A program made the position numbers and the translations under genes. Under the pieces are notes generated by a model. The model did not search any database. It had not been told where the DNA came from and saw only the letters and a list, made by a program, of their open reading frames with translations. DNA of 59,162 bases, the filler included. It is 8 parts of 8 records of this genome, joined end to end, with 100 filler letters (N's around TTAATTAATTAA, not from the genome) between each part and the next. Parts side by side here need not be neighbours in the genome. Positions count along the whole stretch, not along the records: positions 13,916 to 20,373 come from SRR31156797_57139; positions 20,474 to 27,907 come from SRR31156797_57142; positions 28,008 to 34,452 come from SRR31156797_57181; 5 more parts are not named here. The stretch is one strand, 5' to 3'. Shown here one piece after another: positions 18,400 through 28,287 of the stretch. The first letter of the stretch is position 1. Each line of letters opens with the position of its first letter.

Positions 18400-18704
18400 T
18401 GTGACGCGTCCATTCTACCGTCGGGAGGTTTCCCCGGCCACATCGTAGTCCAACTTTCTACTGGCGGTCTCCTTCGAGTTCGGCGATATGTGGCCCGTGG
18501 CACCGTGACCGGGATCTGCCCATTTCGGTCGATCTTTGGCTCTGCGCTGCCCCGCATCCTGATGCATGTTCGGCCTGAAGATTGAACAAAGCAGGGCGGA
18601 GAGGTCTATAGGTAGCAGTCGTTGTCATCAAACGCGTGGCATTTCGGGAGCAGATTACGGATGTCGGGGACGGTTGGTGCGGGTTGGACGTGGGAGAAAC
18701 CGGG

Positions 18705-19196
18705 ATGGACGCCAAGATGGATGATTATGAGGTCCTGGAGATTGCCGAGAGGATCGAGCGGAGCGGGGCGAAGTTCTACCGCCGGGCGGCCGCCCTCGCC
18801 ACCGACGCCAATCTCAGCGCGTTCCTGGTGCAGTTGGCCCAGTGGGAGAGCCAGCACGTCAAGGTATTCAAAGAGATGAGGGAACACGCGGTCGAGCAGA
18901 AGTGGGAGATCGGGGACGTTACCCCCGGGCGAGTGGGTGTGCCCGATGCCCAGGCCCTGGCGGGTCTGGCGGTGTTCGGGCTTCGGCCCAATCCCTCTGA
19001 AGAACTGACGGGGCGGGAAACTCGGGCCGACGTCTTGAGGATCGCGATCGAAAAAGAAAAGGACACGATCGTCTACTACACGGGACTCAAGGATCTCATT
19101 CCGTCCCGGAAGGACCGGGAGACCATTGAAGGCATCATTCAGGAAGAAATGAAACACGTGAGAATCCTCGCGCAATCGCTGGAACAGCTCGAGTGA
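18705..19196 (+). CDS. Ferritin-like / rubrerythrin-family protein
   Basis: [42 protein letters not shown] diiron-type motifs; GGAG RBS before ATG 18705. Confidence 0.88.
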   Translation: MDAKMDDYEVLEIAERIERSGAKFYRRAAALATDANLSAFLVQLAQWESQHVKVFKEMREHAVEQKWEIGDVTPGRVGVPDAQALAGLAVFGLRPNPSEELTGRETRADVLRIAIEKEKDTIVYYTGLKDLIPSRKDRETIEGIIQEEMKHVRILAQSLEQLE

Positions 19197-19245
19197 CGTG
19201 CCGATTGGCAAGCACTCGGTGATTCGCCCGAGGCTGGGGGTGTTC

Positions 19246-20373
19246 ATGGCAAAGCGATGGCCGCAGCTTCGGCCTGTACGTCTCCTGCTGTTCTCCGCGG
19301 TTGGGGCGAGCGTTCTCCTTTACTTGGGGATGACTATGGTCAGGCAGACAAATTCTTCCAGCACCGCGCACGCGGGAGCACGTGGGGTGGCCGGCAAGGA
19401 TGGCCCGCATGCCCACACCAACCGACTGATTCGCGAGTCGAGTCCGTATCTGCTCCAGCATGCGCACAACCCGGTCGACTGGTATCCGTGGGGCTCCGAG
19501 GCCCTCGAACGGGCGCGGCAGGAGGACAAGCCCATCTTCCTTTCCATCGGCTATTCCACGTGTCACTGGTGCCACGTCATGGAGACCGAGAGTTTTGAGG
19601 ACGAGGCCATCGCCGCGATCTTGAACGATCACTTCATCGCCATCAAGGTCGACCGCGAGGAACGGCCCGACGTCGATGAAACGTACATGCGGGCGGTCCA
19701 GGTGATGACCGGATCGGGTGGATGGCCTTTGTCGGTATTCCTGACTCCCGAAGGCAAACCTTTCTACGGGGGAACGTATTTTCCGCCGCGGAGCATGTAC
19801 GGCCGGCCCAGCTTCCGGCAGGTGCTCCTGGCTATCGCGGACGCATGGCGCGACGAGCGCGACCGGTTGTTGGATTCGGTCGGGAAGGTCGAGGAGGTCC
19901 TGCACGGCCTCAGACAGTTCGATTCCGACATGCCATTGTCACGGGACGTTCTCGACCAGGCGGTTGCCCAACTGGCCGGCGCGTTTGACGCCACGGACGG
20001 TGGATTCGGCGCCGCACCCAAATTCCCGCAGCCAACGACCCTGATGTTGCTGCTCAATCGGTGGCATCGATCCGGTGAGAAAGCGACGCTGGAGATGGTC
20101 ACCAGGACGCTGGACGCCATGGCGGCCGGCGGGATTCACGATCATCTTGGCGGTGGCTTTCATCGGTATTCGACCGATGCCCAATGGTTGGTACCCCATT
20201 TCGAGAAGATGCTCTACGACCAGGCGCTGCTGGGCAAAGTCTACGTGCAGGCCTATCAGGCCACGGGCGATGAGGCCTATGCGCGCGTGGCCCGTGACAT
20301 CTTCGACTACGTTCTGCGCGACATGACGGACCCCGAGGGCGGTTTCTACGCGGCCGAGGACGCCGACAGCGAA
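19246..20373 (+). CDS. YyaL/SSP411 thioredoxin-domain protein (DUF255) with N-terminal membrane anchor, 3' truncated
   Basis: [74 protein letters not shown]. Confidence 0.95.
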
Positions 20374-20473
20374 NNNNNNNNNNNNNNNNNNNNNNNNNNN
20401 NNNNNNNNNNNNNNNNNTTAATTAATTAANNNNNNNNNNNNNNNNNNNNNNNNNNNNNNNNNNNNNNNNNNNN
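20374..20473. other. Artificial contig linker 3
   Basis: N-run, TTAATTAATTAA, N-run. Confidence 0.99.
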
Positions 20474-21259
20474 CGCTTTGAGCTTGTTGTCGGCTATTCC
20501 CATGTGCTTCTCTGCCTGCTGGCGGTCTCTCTGTTTTATCTGAAGGGATTGCAGGATACGGCCCCCCTTTCCGTCCTAGTGATGATGGCCTTTCTGAGGG
20601 GCGTCGCCGTTCCCCAGCTGATCCTGACCCTCCTTTCCCATAGATACGGCCATCCCTTCCGGCGGTGGTCAGAGCTTTCCCAGGTTTATATCCTCATCGC
20701 GGGCAGCCTGGTGACCATGCCGGCCATGCCCGATCGTTCCTACTGTCTCCTCCTGATCTATCTGGCCTTTTTCCTGGCGGGAAAATACGGTTTTCTCAAT
20801 CCTTTCAGAGCGTTCCTTATGGTCGTCGTAGCCGGGGCCGAGACCATGGGAGGCCAGTTCCTGGCCGGTTCGGAAGGAGAGGGAATCATGTTTGCGGCGT
20901 TCCATCTCTTTTTCTTTGCGGTCATCGGTCTCGGATACCGGGCCGGCATGAGGAAAAGCAGAGAGAGAAACGACATCCTCCTGAAGATCAACAGCTCCCT
21001 GAAGGAGGATATCCTGAACAGGAACCGGATCTCCGACCAGCTGGCCGCGGCCCGGCTCAACGTGAGGGATTTCTCTTTTACCCCGGCGGAGAAGGAGCTG
21101 CTGGAGCTGATGTGCATCATGGGCGTTACATCCAATAGGGAAATAGCAGAGCATTTGAACAAGTCGGTCAGGACCGTGAAGACCCAGCTCTACTCCATAT
21201 TTGAAAAGACGGGAATCCATAAACGTTCCAGCCTGATCGCCTTTTTCAGGGAGGAATAA
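20474..21259 (+). CDS. Membrane-anchored LuxR-type HTH regulator, 5' truncated
   Basis: Several hydrophobic segments followed by FTPAEKELL...SNREIAEHLNKSVRTVKTQLYSIFEKTGIHKR. Confidence 0.85.
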   Translation, partial: RFELVVGYSHVLLCLLAVSLFYLKGLQDTAPLSVLVMMAFLRGVAVPQLILTLLSHRYGHPFRRWSELSQVYILIAGSLVTMPAMPDRSYCLLLIYLAFFLAGKYGFLNPFRAFLMVVVAGAETMGGQFLAGSEGEGIMFAAFHLFFFAVIGLGYRAGMRKSRERNDILLKINSSLKEDILNRNRISDQLAAARLNVRDFSFTPAEKELLELMCIMGVTSNREIAEHLNKSVRTVKTQLYSIFEKTGIHKRSSLIAFFREE

Positions 21260-21507
21260 GCCTGCCCGGCCGGAACGGCGATTGGGAAACGGTCTCCTCC
21301 CGCCCCCCCGCAAAGGATATTCCCTCCATGTTCCCGGGGGGCCGTTTTGGTCTGATGGATCTCTGGACATGAGGAGGCCATCCGTGATTCTATTACAGAA
21401 GACTCCCGGGAATCGTTTCCATTCATCATTTCGTCGGGGCGTCGTTTCTTGAACAAATCATTTAAATCATATCGGCTCTTCCGCAGGGTCGATCCAGGGG
21501 GAGAAGA

Positions 21508-22818
21508 TTGACCGAGATCAGGAATAAGGCCATGAATTATCTGAAACGCTACGGAATGGATTCCGATTCAACGGACCTGAAGGGCACGGTGCGTCTGTTT
21601 ATGGACGAGATGAAGAAAGGACTGGCCGGTCCCAGCAGTATCGCCATGTATCCGACCTTTATCGAGACGGACAATCCCATTCCCGTTGGAAAGAAGGTCG
21701 TCGTTATCGATGCGGGAGGTACGAACCTCAGAACCGCCCTCGTTTCCTTTGATCATAACTACAAACCCGTTATCGAGAATTTCAAGAAGTATCCCATGCC
21801 CGGTACGGGGGGCGCCGTAAGCAAGGACGAGTTCTTCGGAACCCTGGCCGACTATATCGCCGATCTCATTCCCAAGGGCGAGAAGATCGGTTTCTGCTTC
21901 TCCTATCCCACCGTGATGTATCCCAACAAGGACGGAAGGCTGACCAAATTCAGCAAAGAGGTCCAGTGTCCCGATGTTCACGGGGAGATGATCGGAGAGA
22001 ACCTTCTGGCCTATCTTAAGAAGAAGGGTGTGTCCGAAGAGCGGGAGATCGTTATCCTCAACGACACGGTGGCCACCCTGCTCACGGGAATGATCTCTTT
22101 CCCCGATCAGAGTTTCAGCGGATTCGTCGGCTATATCTTCGGAACCGGCATCAACGGCTGCTACGTGGAATCCAACGCGGCCATCCTCAAGCAGGAGGGA
22201 CTGAACCCCGATCATCATCAGATCATCAACACCGAGTGCGGTTCCTTCGGTCTGCCCCCCCGGGGGGAGATCGACAAGACCCTGGACGCGGGAACCAGCG
22301 ATCCGGGCAACTACCTGCTCGAGAAGATGACGTCCGGCGGATACCTGGGGCTCGTGGTGACCAGAACCCTGGAGCAGGCGGTGGAAGACGGCCTCTTCTC
22401 AGCCCAGGCGTCTGCGGCCCTCAAGGCCGCGGGAAGACTGAGCACCAAGGACGCCGACGATTATATCCACAATCCTCATAATCCTGAGAACGTCCTCGTC
22501 AAGGCTCTGGAAGGGGCAGGCGAAGAGGACAGGGAGCTCCTTTTCCATATCATCGACGATCTTACGAACAGGGCGGCCAAACTGGCGGCCTCCGCCCTCT
22601 CGGGCATCGTCCTGAAGTCGGAGAAGGGCATGTCTCCCCTCGAGCCCGCATGCCTGACCGTGGACGGGACGACCTTCTATGTCTCCTACCACTTCAAGAG
22701 CCGTTTCGAGCAGTACATGAGGGAGATCCTCTCCGGCGACTGGCAGCGTTACTTCGAGATCGTGCGCGTGGACGACGCGCCCCTGCTCGGTGCCGCCATC
22801 GCGGCCCTGACAAACTGA
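21508..22818 (+). CDS. Hexokinase (Hexokinase_1/2 family)
   Basis: IDAGGTNLR, IGFCFSYP, FSKE, ILNDTVATL, IFGTGINGCY, INTECG, EKMTSGGYLG, DGT, GAAIAA. Start is TTG 21508 or ATG 21532. Confidence 0.92.
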   Translation: MTEIRNKAMNYLKRYGMDSDSTDLKGTVRLFMDEMKKGLAGPSSIAMYPTFIETDNPIPVGKKVVVIDAGGTNLRTALVSFDHNYKPVIENFKKYPMPGTGGAVSKDEFFGTLADYIADLIPKGEKIGFCFSYPTVMYPNKDGRLTKFSKEVQCPDVHGEMIGENLLAYLKKKGVSEEREIVILNDTVATLLTGMISFPDQSFSGFVGYIFGTGINGCYVESNAAILKQEGLNPDHHQIINTECGSFGLPPRGEIDKTLDAGTSDPGNYLLEKMTSGGYLGLVVTRTLEQAVEDGLFSAQASAALKAAGRLSTKDADDYIHNPHNPENVLVKALEGAGEEDRELLFHIIDDLTNRAAKLAASALSGIVLKSEKGMSPLEPACLTVDGTTFYVSYHFKSRFEQYMREILSGDWQRYFEIVRVDDAPLLGAAIAALTN

Positions 22819-22910
22819 CGGGTGTTCATATCTTTGTTTTTATTTTGGGGTGGAATTTCGCTTTCCGAGGGCTGATACTTAATAGTGAAGAACAATATAA
22901 GGGGAGCGTA

Positions 22911-23309
22911 TTGGCAGACAACGGATTGCTGGTAGGAAAAACCATTCTCATCGCCGATGACGAGGCTTTCGTACGCAGTCATATAAGCAAGCGCCTCGGG
23001 AGCATAGGGCTTAGGGTTCTGGAGGCCTCCACGGGAAGGGAGGTTCTGGAACTGATGGCTCATAATCCCGATATGGTGCTTATGGACGTGCGTATGCCCG
23101 AGATCGACGGCTATGAGACTACCCGCTTCATACGAAAGGAATCGACCGGTTCCAATATCCCCGTGATCCTTCTGAGCGCCCTCTCGGGGGAAGAGGATAT
23201 CCGCCGCGGCCTTGAGGCCGGGGCGGATGAGTTTCTGTGCAAGCCCGTGACCTTCACCATGATCCTGGAATCGCTGAACCGCCGGATCAGGGCCCGCCAG
23301 GTCGGCTGA
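22911..23309 (+). CDS. Single-domain response regulator (REC)
   Basis: ILIADDE, DMVLMDVRMPEIDG, IPVILLSA, GADEFLCKP; AAGGGGAG RBS before TTG 22911. The longer track ORF overlaps hexokinase. Confidence 0.9.
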   Translation: MADNGLLVGKTILIADDEAFVRSHISKRLGSIGLRVLEASTGREVLELMAHNPDMVLMDVRMPEIDGYETTRFIRKESTGSNIPVILLSALSGEEDIRRGLEAGADEFLCKPVTFTMILESLNRRIRARQVG

Positions 23310-23365
23310 GCACAGCTTCCGGATTCCATATAGCAGGTATATACTGAATAGCAGGGATTCCACAC

Positions 23366-25441
23366 ATGAACAATGAGCCTATAAACGAACGGGAACGCCG
23401 CCTGCTGCAGAGGCAGATGTTCGCCCTCGAGGATGAGAAAGAAGCGGTAGAAGCCCGCTACAAATCTCTCCTCGAACAGGCCCGGGTAGGGGTGTTTACC
23501 GCCGATGTTTCCGAAGGCAGGGCGATCAGCGCCAATGACCAGCTTATGGAGATGTTTCTCTGCGATGACCTGAAGGATCTGGAAGACCATGTCATGAACA
23601 GGCTCGGTTCGGACAAAAGCCTGAAAGACGCCTTCTTCAATCCCGGCGGGCAGATAAGGAGCCTGAAAGAGGGGGAGGGCATCTCCTTTTCGGTTCATAC
23701 CTTCCGGAAGAACGGAGACTCTTTCTGGGCCAGGATCATCCTTCAGTCTCTGAAGGGCGGGAATCTGATCGAAGGGATCGTTACGGACATCACCGCTCAG
23801 GTGAAGTCGGATATGGAAGTCCGGCAGGCTTTCGTCGATGCCGAACAGGCCCAGCAGGAGGCGGAAAAGGCGCAGAAAGAAGCCGAAGAAGCCAGCCTGG
23901 CCAAGACCCGCTTTCTGGCCAATATCTCCCATGAGATCAGAACCCCCCTGAACGGCATCATCGGCTTCGCCGAGATCATCATGTCTTCCATAAGCTCTCC
24001 CGAAGGTCAGCTTTACGCGGGGAAAATCCTTGATGAGTCGGATAATCTGATGACCCTGATCAACCAGCTTCTGGATATCGCAAAGATAGAAGCGAATCGG
24101 CTGCAGCTGGACAATCACGCCTTCCGGATAAGAACCCTGATGGAAGAGGCCATGAGCTTCGTCCGCCCCCGGGCGGATAACAAGGGGCTTCGTCTCAGCA
24201 TGGAGTGTTCAGATGATCTGCCCTGCTGTATCTTCGGAGACTCCTACAGGCTGAGGCAGGTCCTGCTGAACCTCCTGTCCAATGCGGTCAAGTTTACATC
24301 AGACGGATCGGTGACCCTGAAGGCTCTCGTCGAGGAGAGGCGGGGGGAGGAGCTGAGCCTCCGTTTCGAGGTCCACGATACGGGGATCGGAATCGCCCCG
24401 GAGAAGTACGACGCCATATTCGAGAGCTTCGTGCAGGCCGATTCCTCCATTACCAGACAGTACGGCGGAACGGGACTGGGTGTTTCCATCTCCAAGGAGA
24501 TCGTCAACCTGATGAACGGCAGGATCTGGTTCGACAGCAATCCCGGCAAAGGGAGCTCCTTCTACTTCTCCATACGCTGCGTCGAGGCGGAAGGACGTCT
24601 CTCCGATATCCCCCGGGAGAAGCTGCCCCTGCATCAGAGGCGGGAACTCCTCAAAGGGAGAACTGTACTCGTGGTGGAGGATTATCCGACCAACAGAGAG
24701 ATCGCCCGCCATCACCTGGTCGCGTCTGGCTGCCGCGTGTCTTTAGCGGACAACGGCAGAACCGCGCTGGAGCGTTTCAGAGACGCCCCCGTCGACGTGG
24801 TTCTGATGGATCTGCATATGCCGGAGATGGACGGTCTGGAAGCCGCCGGCAGGATACGGGAGGTCGACAAAGACATTCCCATCATAGGAATGACCGCCGA
24901 TGTCCTCCCCTCCAGGCAGAAGGAGTGCCGGGACGCGGGTATGAACGACGTGCTGAATAAGCCCCTCAGGCGCAAGGACCTTCTTGAGACGATCGAGTTC
25001 TGGCTGAGGCAGAGGGTCTCTCCCGGTTCGGCGGGCGGGAATCCCCATTCCGATCATGCTCATTCCCCCGCAGCTGATTACGGAAAACAGGAAAATCTGG
25101 AGCTTCCTCTGGACTTCGTCAGCTTTCTGGAGGATATGGAAGGGGACAGGGAGAGCGCCTGCGAGATCATCCTGGGATTCATGGATGCCCTCAGCCGGCA
25201 GATCACGGTGCTGGAGAAGGCCCTTGACGAGAGGGATTTCGTTACCATTCACAGGGAGGCTCACTCCATCAAGGGCGGCGCCCTCAATCTGGGGGCGAGG
25301 GAACTCTCCCGCAGCGCCCTGGCCCTGGAAAAGGCCGCCTTGAGCGGTGAGTACGAAAGGGTGAAGGAGCTTTTTGAAATATTGAAGCAGAGTATCCATG
25401 CCGTGCTTTCCAGCCGTGACAGTTTCTCCCTCATCGGTTAA
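23366..25441 (+). CDS. Hybrid sensor histidine kinase (PAS-HisKA-HATPase-REC-Hpt), cytoplasmic
   Basis: FLANISHEIRTPLNG, QVLLNLLSNAVKFT, DTGIGI, GGTGLG, VLMDLHMPEMDG, AHSIKGGALNLGA; no TM segment seen. Confidence 0.95.
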   Translation: MNNEPINERERRLLQRQMFALEDEKEAVEARYKSLLEQARVGVFTADVSEGRAISANDQLMEMFLCDDLKDLEDHVMNRLGSDKSLKDAFFNPGGQIRSLKEGEGISFSVHTFRKNGDSFWARIILQSLKGGNLIEGIVTDITAQVKSDMEVRQAFVDAEQAQQEAEKAQKEAEEASLAKTRFLANISHEIRTPLNGIIGFAEIIMSSISSPEGQLYAGKILDESDNLMTLINQLLDIAKIEANRLQLDNHAFRIRTLMEEAMSFVRPRADNKGLRLSMECSDDLPCCIFGDSYRLRQVLLNLLSNAVKFTSDGSVTLKALVEERRGEELSLRFEVHDTGIGIAPEKYDAIFESFVQADSSITRQYGGTGLGVSISKEIVNLMNGRIWFDSNPGKGSSFYFSIRCVEAEGRLSDIPREKLPLHQRRELLKGRTVLVVEDYPTNREIARHHLVASGCRVSLADNGRTALERFRDAPVDVVLMDLHMPEMDGLEAAGRIREVDKDIPIIGMTADVLPSRQKECRDAGMNDVLNKPLRRKDLLETIEFWLRQRVSPGSAGGNPHSDHAHSPAADYGKQENLELPLDFVSFLEDMEGDRESACEIILGFMDALSRQITVLEKALDERDFVTIHREAHSIKGGALNLGARELSRSALALEKAALSGEYERVKELFEILKQSIHAVLSSRDSFSLIG

Positions 25442-25450
25442 GATGGGGCT

Positions 25451-27271
25451 ATGAAAAAAGAATCCCTCGTTCTGTACAAGCAAGCTCCCGCCAGAATCAC
25501 CGATATCCTGGCGGATAAGATCGTCATATCCCTTCCCGACGGCAAGGAGAAGAAGGTAAGACGCAAGGATATCTTCCTTCTCCATCCGGGGCCCGTGTCA
25601 TCCACCGCCAATATCGAGGTTCCCGAAGGACAGGTCGAAGAGGCCTGGGAACTCCTTCAGGGGGAGTCTCCCTCCCTTCGGGAGATCGCGGAGCTCTGTT
25701 TCGGCGATTTCACTCCCCAGACCGCCTGGGGCGCCTTTCTCCTCCTCAACAGAACCCCCTATTTCCGGGGCAGCGTTGATGATATTACCGTCCGTACGGC
25801 CGGGGAGGTGGAGAAAATCCGCAGGGAGGAAGCTGAGAAAGCGGAGGCTGAGAAGCGCTGGTCCGTCTTTATCGAGGCTTTGAAGAAGGGGAGCGTTCCC
25901 GAAGAAGGTCAGGGCTTTCTGACCGATCTGGAGCAGTACGCCCTGCAGAGGAGCAAGCGTTCCCGCATCCTCCAGGATCTGGGCCGGACCCAGAGCCCCG
26001 AGAACGCCCACCGCCTGCTGAACAAACTCGGCGTCTGGGACGCTCGGCGCAATCCCTGGCCCGAGAGGAATCAGATGCCCTCGGGGGCCCCCGAGTTTCC
26101 CCTTGAGGAGGGACCGGCTGTGGAGCGCCTGGATCTGACCCATCTGGCTTCATATGCCATAGACGACGAGGGAAATCAGGATCCCGACGACGCCCTGAGT
26201 TTTGAAGAGGGAACCTTCTGGGTCCACATCGCCGACTCCAGCTCCCTGATCCCCGCCGGCGGCGACGCCGACCGGGAGGCCCGGGGGCGGGCGGCAAACC
26301 TCTATCTGCCAGAGCGGGTGGTCCCCATGTTGCCCCATGAAGCCACGGAGAAGCTGGGACTGGGGCTGCAGGAGAGCTCACCCGCCCTCTCCTTCGCCTT
26401 CTCCCTGGACGGGGAATATAACATCACTGACTGCCGGATCGAATTCAGTACCGTCAGGGTGGAGCGCCTGAGCTATAAGGGCGCCGAAGAGAGGATCGCC
26501 CAGGAGCCATTCGCCTCTATGAAGAAGGTCTGCGACCGCTTCCATGACTGGAGGATGGCCAACGGCGCCCTGGCTCTACAGCTTCCCGAGGTAAAGATCC
26601 GGGTGGATGAGGCCGGCGAGATCCACATCTCTCCCCTGGAAGAGTACTCCAGCCGGGATATGGTGGCCGAGGCCATGATGATGAGCGGTTTCCATGCCGC
26701 CCGTTTCTGCCGGGACGAGGGCATCCCCATTCCCTATGTGGTGCAGAGCGCCCCCGAGGGAGATCTTCCCCAGACCTCCCCCGATGATCCGGCCTCCATG
26801 GTCGCCCTGAGGAGGTTTCTGAAACGGAGCCAGACCACCAGCGTCGGCGGTCCCCACTCGGGCATGGGACTGCCCGTCTATACCAGGGCCACCAGCCCCT
26901 TGAGGCGGTATTCGGACCTTCTGGTGCAGCAGCAGATCCGCCTCTACAAGGCGGGGCTTCCCCTGTTGAGCGAGGAGGATGTTCTGGAGGGAACCGCCTC
27001 CTGCGAAACGGTCACCGGCAGGGTCACGGGCAGCGAGCGTTCTTCCAATATGCACTGGAAGCTGGTCTACCTGTCCGAGCATCCCGAGTGGAAGGCCGAG
27101 GGGATACTGGTGGGCCGTTCGGAAAAACAGATGGTCATCCAGATTCCCTCCCTCGCCCTGGAAACCCGGATCCCCCTGAAGGAGAAACTGCCCTTGAACA
27201 CAAGGCTGACCGTGGAGGTCGAAGCGGTTGATATTCCGGCGCAGCAGGTGCAGTTCCGGGTCTGCGGCTGA
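25451..27271 (+). CDS. RNase II/RNase R family exoribonuclease (RNB domain)
   Basis: AIDDEGNQDPDDALS, WVHIAD, LYLP....PMLP, MVAEAM, HSGMG..YTRATSPLRRYSDL. Confidence 0.92.
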   Translation: MKKESLVLYKQAPARITDILADKIVISLPDGKEKKVRRKDIFLLHPGPVSSTANIEVPEGQVEEAWELLQGESPSLREIAELCFGDFTPQTAWGAFLLLNRTPYFRGSVDDITVRTAGEVEKIRREEAEKAEAEKRWSVFIEALKKGSVPEEGQGFLTDLEQYALQRSKRSRILQDLGRTQSPENAHRLLNKLGVWDARRNPWPERNQMPSGAPEFPLEEGPAVERLDLTHLASYAIDDEGNQDPDDALSFEEGTFWVHIADSSSLIPAGGDADREARGRAANLYLPERVVPMLPHEATEKLGLGLQESSPALSFAFSLDGEYNITDCRIEFSTVRVERLSYKGAEERIAQEPFASMKKVCDRFHDWRMANGALALQLPEVKIRVDEAGEIHISPLEEYSSRDMVAEAMMMSGFHAARFCRDEGIPIPYVVQSAPEGDLPQTSPDDPASMVALRRFLKRSQTTSVGGPHSGMGLPVYTRATSPLRRYSDLLVQQQIRLYKAGLPLLSEEDVLEGTASCETVTGRVTGSERSSNMHWKLVYLSEHPEWKAEGILVGRSEKQMVIQIPSLALETRIPLKEKLPLNTRLTVEVEAVDIPAQQVQFRVCG

Positions 27272-27352
27272 TCCGGGAACGGAAGGCGGGATTCCATTCT
27301 GATGGACAGGAGCGGAAATGAGGGATTGATTCGGGAGCGGAAGAGGGGTAAC

Positions 27353-27907
27353 ATGAAGACCATGTGCATCCGTAAAACGGCAGTCCTTCTTTTTCTGATC
27401 TGCCTGACCCTGGGAATTACGGCTCAGGAGCGACTCAGCTTCCCCGGCAATCTGAGCTATGATCCCTTTTATGCCCTCCGGCTGACAGACAGCGACGGAG
27501 AGCGGTTCACACTGATGAACGCAAGCTTCATCAGCCCCGAGGGAGAGATTAAGTTCTTCGTCTGGTTCCGCCGCGGGACCGACAGAGGGCTTGCGGAGTA
27601 TCCTCTTGAGCTGAAAAACATCCGGCGATTCGAACTGACAGGGGATTATGAGGTCTTTCCCGACGGATATACCCCCTGCACTGTGGAGCTGACATCGGGA
27701 AATTCATTTGAAGGTTTCCTCGATACCAGCGGGTACATAGGCGGTATGGATGAGGATTTCGGTCTCTACGCCCGGATCTATCTTCAGTACAACGGCGTCA
27801 AGTCGGTGGAGTTCCTTCATGACGGCAGCTACAAATCCTGTCCCTTTTGCGGGGCCCTTTTTTACAACAGCGATCTGGAGAACTGTCCCTTCGACAAGAC
27901 GCCCCTG
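27353..27907 (+). CDS. Hypothetical exported protein with a C-terminal zinc-ribbon-like motif, 3' truncated
   Basis: Signal-like MKTMCIRKTAVLLFLICLTLGITA; CPFC-x11-CPFD near the contig end; GAGGGG RBS. Confidence 0.7.
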
Positions 27908-28007
27908 NNNNNNNNNNNNNNNNNNNNNNNNNNNNNNNNNNNNNNNNNNNNTTAATTAATTAANNNNNNNNNNNNNNNNNNNNNNNNNNNNNNNNNNNNN
28001 NNNNNNN
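27908..28007. other. Artificial contig linker 4
   Basis: N-run, TTAATTAATTAA, N-run. Confidence 0.99.
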
Positions 28008-28008
28008 G

Positions 28009-28218
28009 TTCACCGCCGGCATCGGCGAAAATTCCCCCGAAATCCGCCGGCGGATCTGTGAAAAGTGCCGCTGGCTGGGCCTGGAACTGGATGACGAAGC
28101 AAACCTTGGGAACGGCCCGCGGATCAGCACCCCCGGAAGCGGGGTGTCGGCCTGGGTCATCCCCACGGACGAGGAGATCATGATCGCCCGGCATGTGCTC
28201 CATGTTATCGACGGCTGA
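28009..28218 (+). CDS. ackA: Acetate/propionate kinase, C-terminal fragment (5' truncated)
   Basis: Not in the ORF track; hand translation FTAGIGENSPEIRRRICEKCRWLGLELDDEAN...VIPTDEEIMIARH*, containing the AckA signatures FTAGIGEN and IPT(N/D)EE. Confidence 0.93.
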   Translation, partial: FTAGIGENSPEIRRRICEKCRWLGLELDDEANLGNGPRISTPGSGVSAWVIPTDEEIMIARHVLHVIDG

Positions 28219-28287
28219 CCGGGCCCTGCTCCGGACATCCGTTCCTGCACAAACCGGGCGCCTGTCCCTAAAACAAGGGAGGATTCC

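Noticed and set aside
22650..22910. N-terminal extension of the response regulator in the ORF track
   Set aside because: Overlaps the hexokinase end; RBS and domain boundary support TTG 22911.
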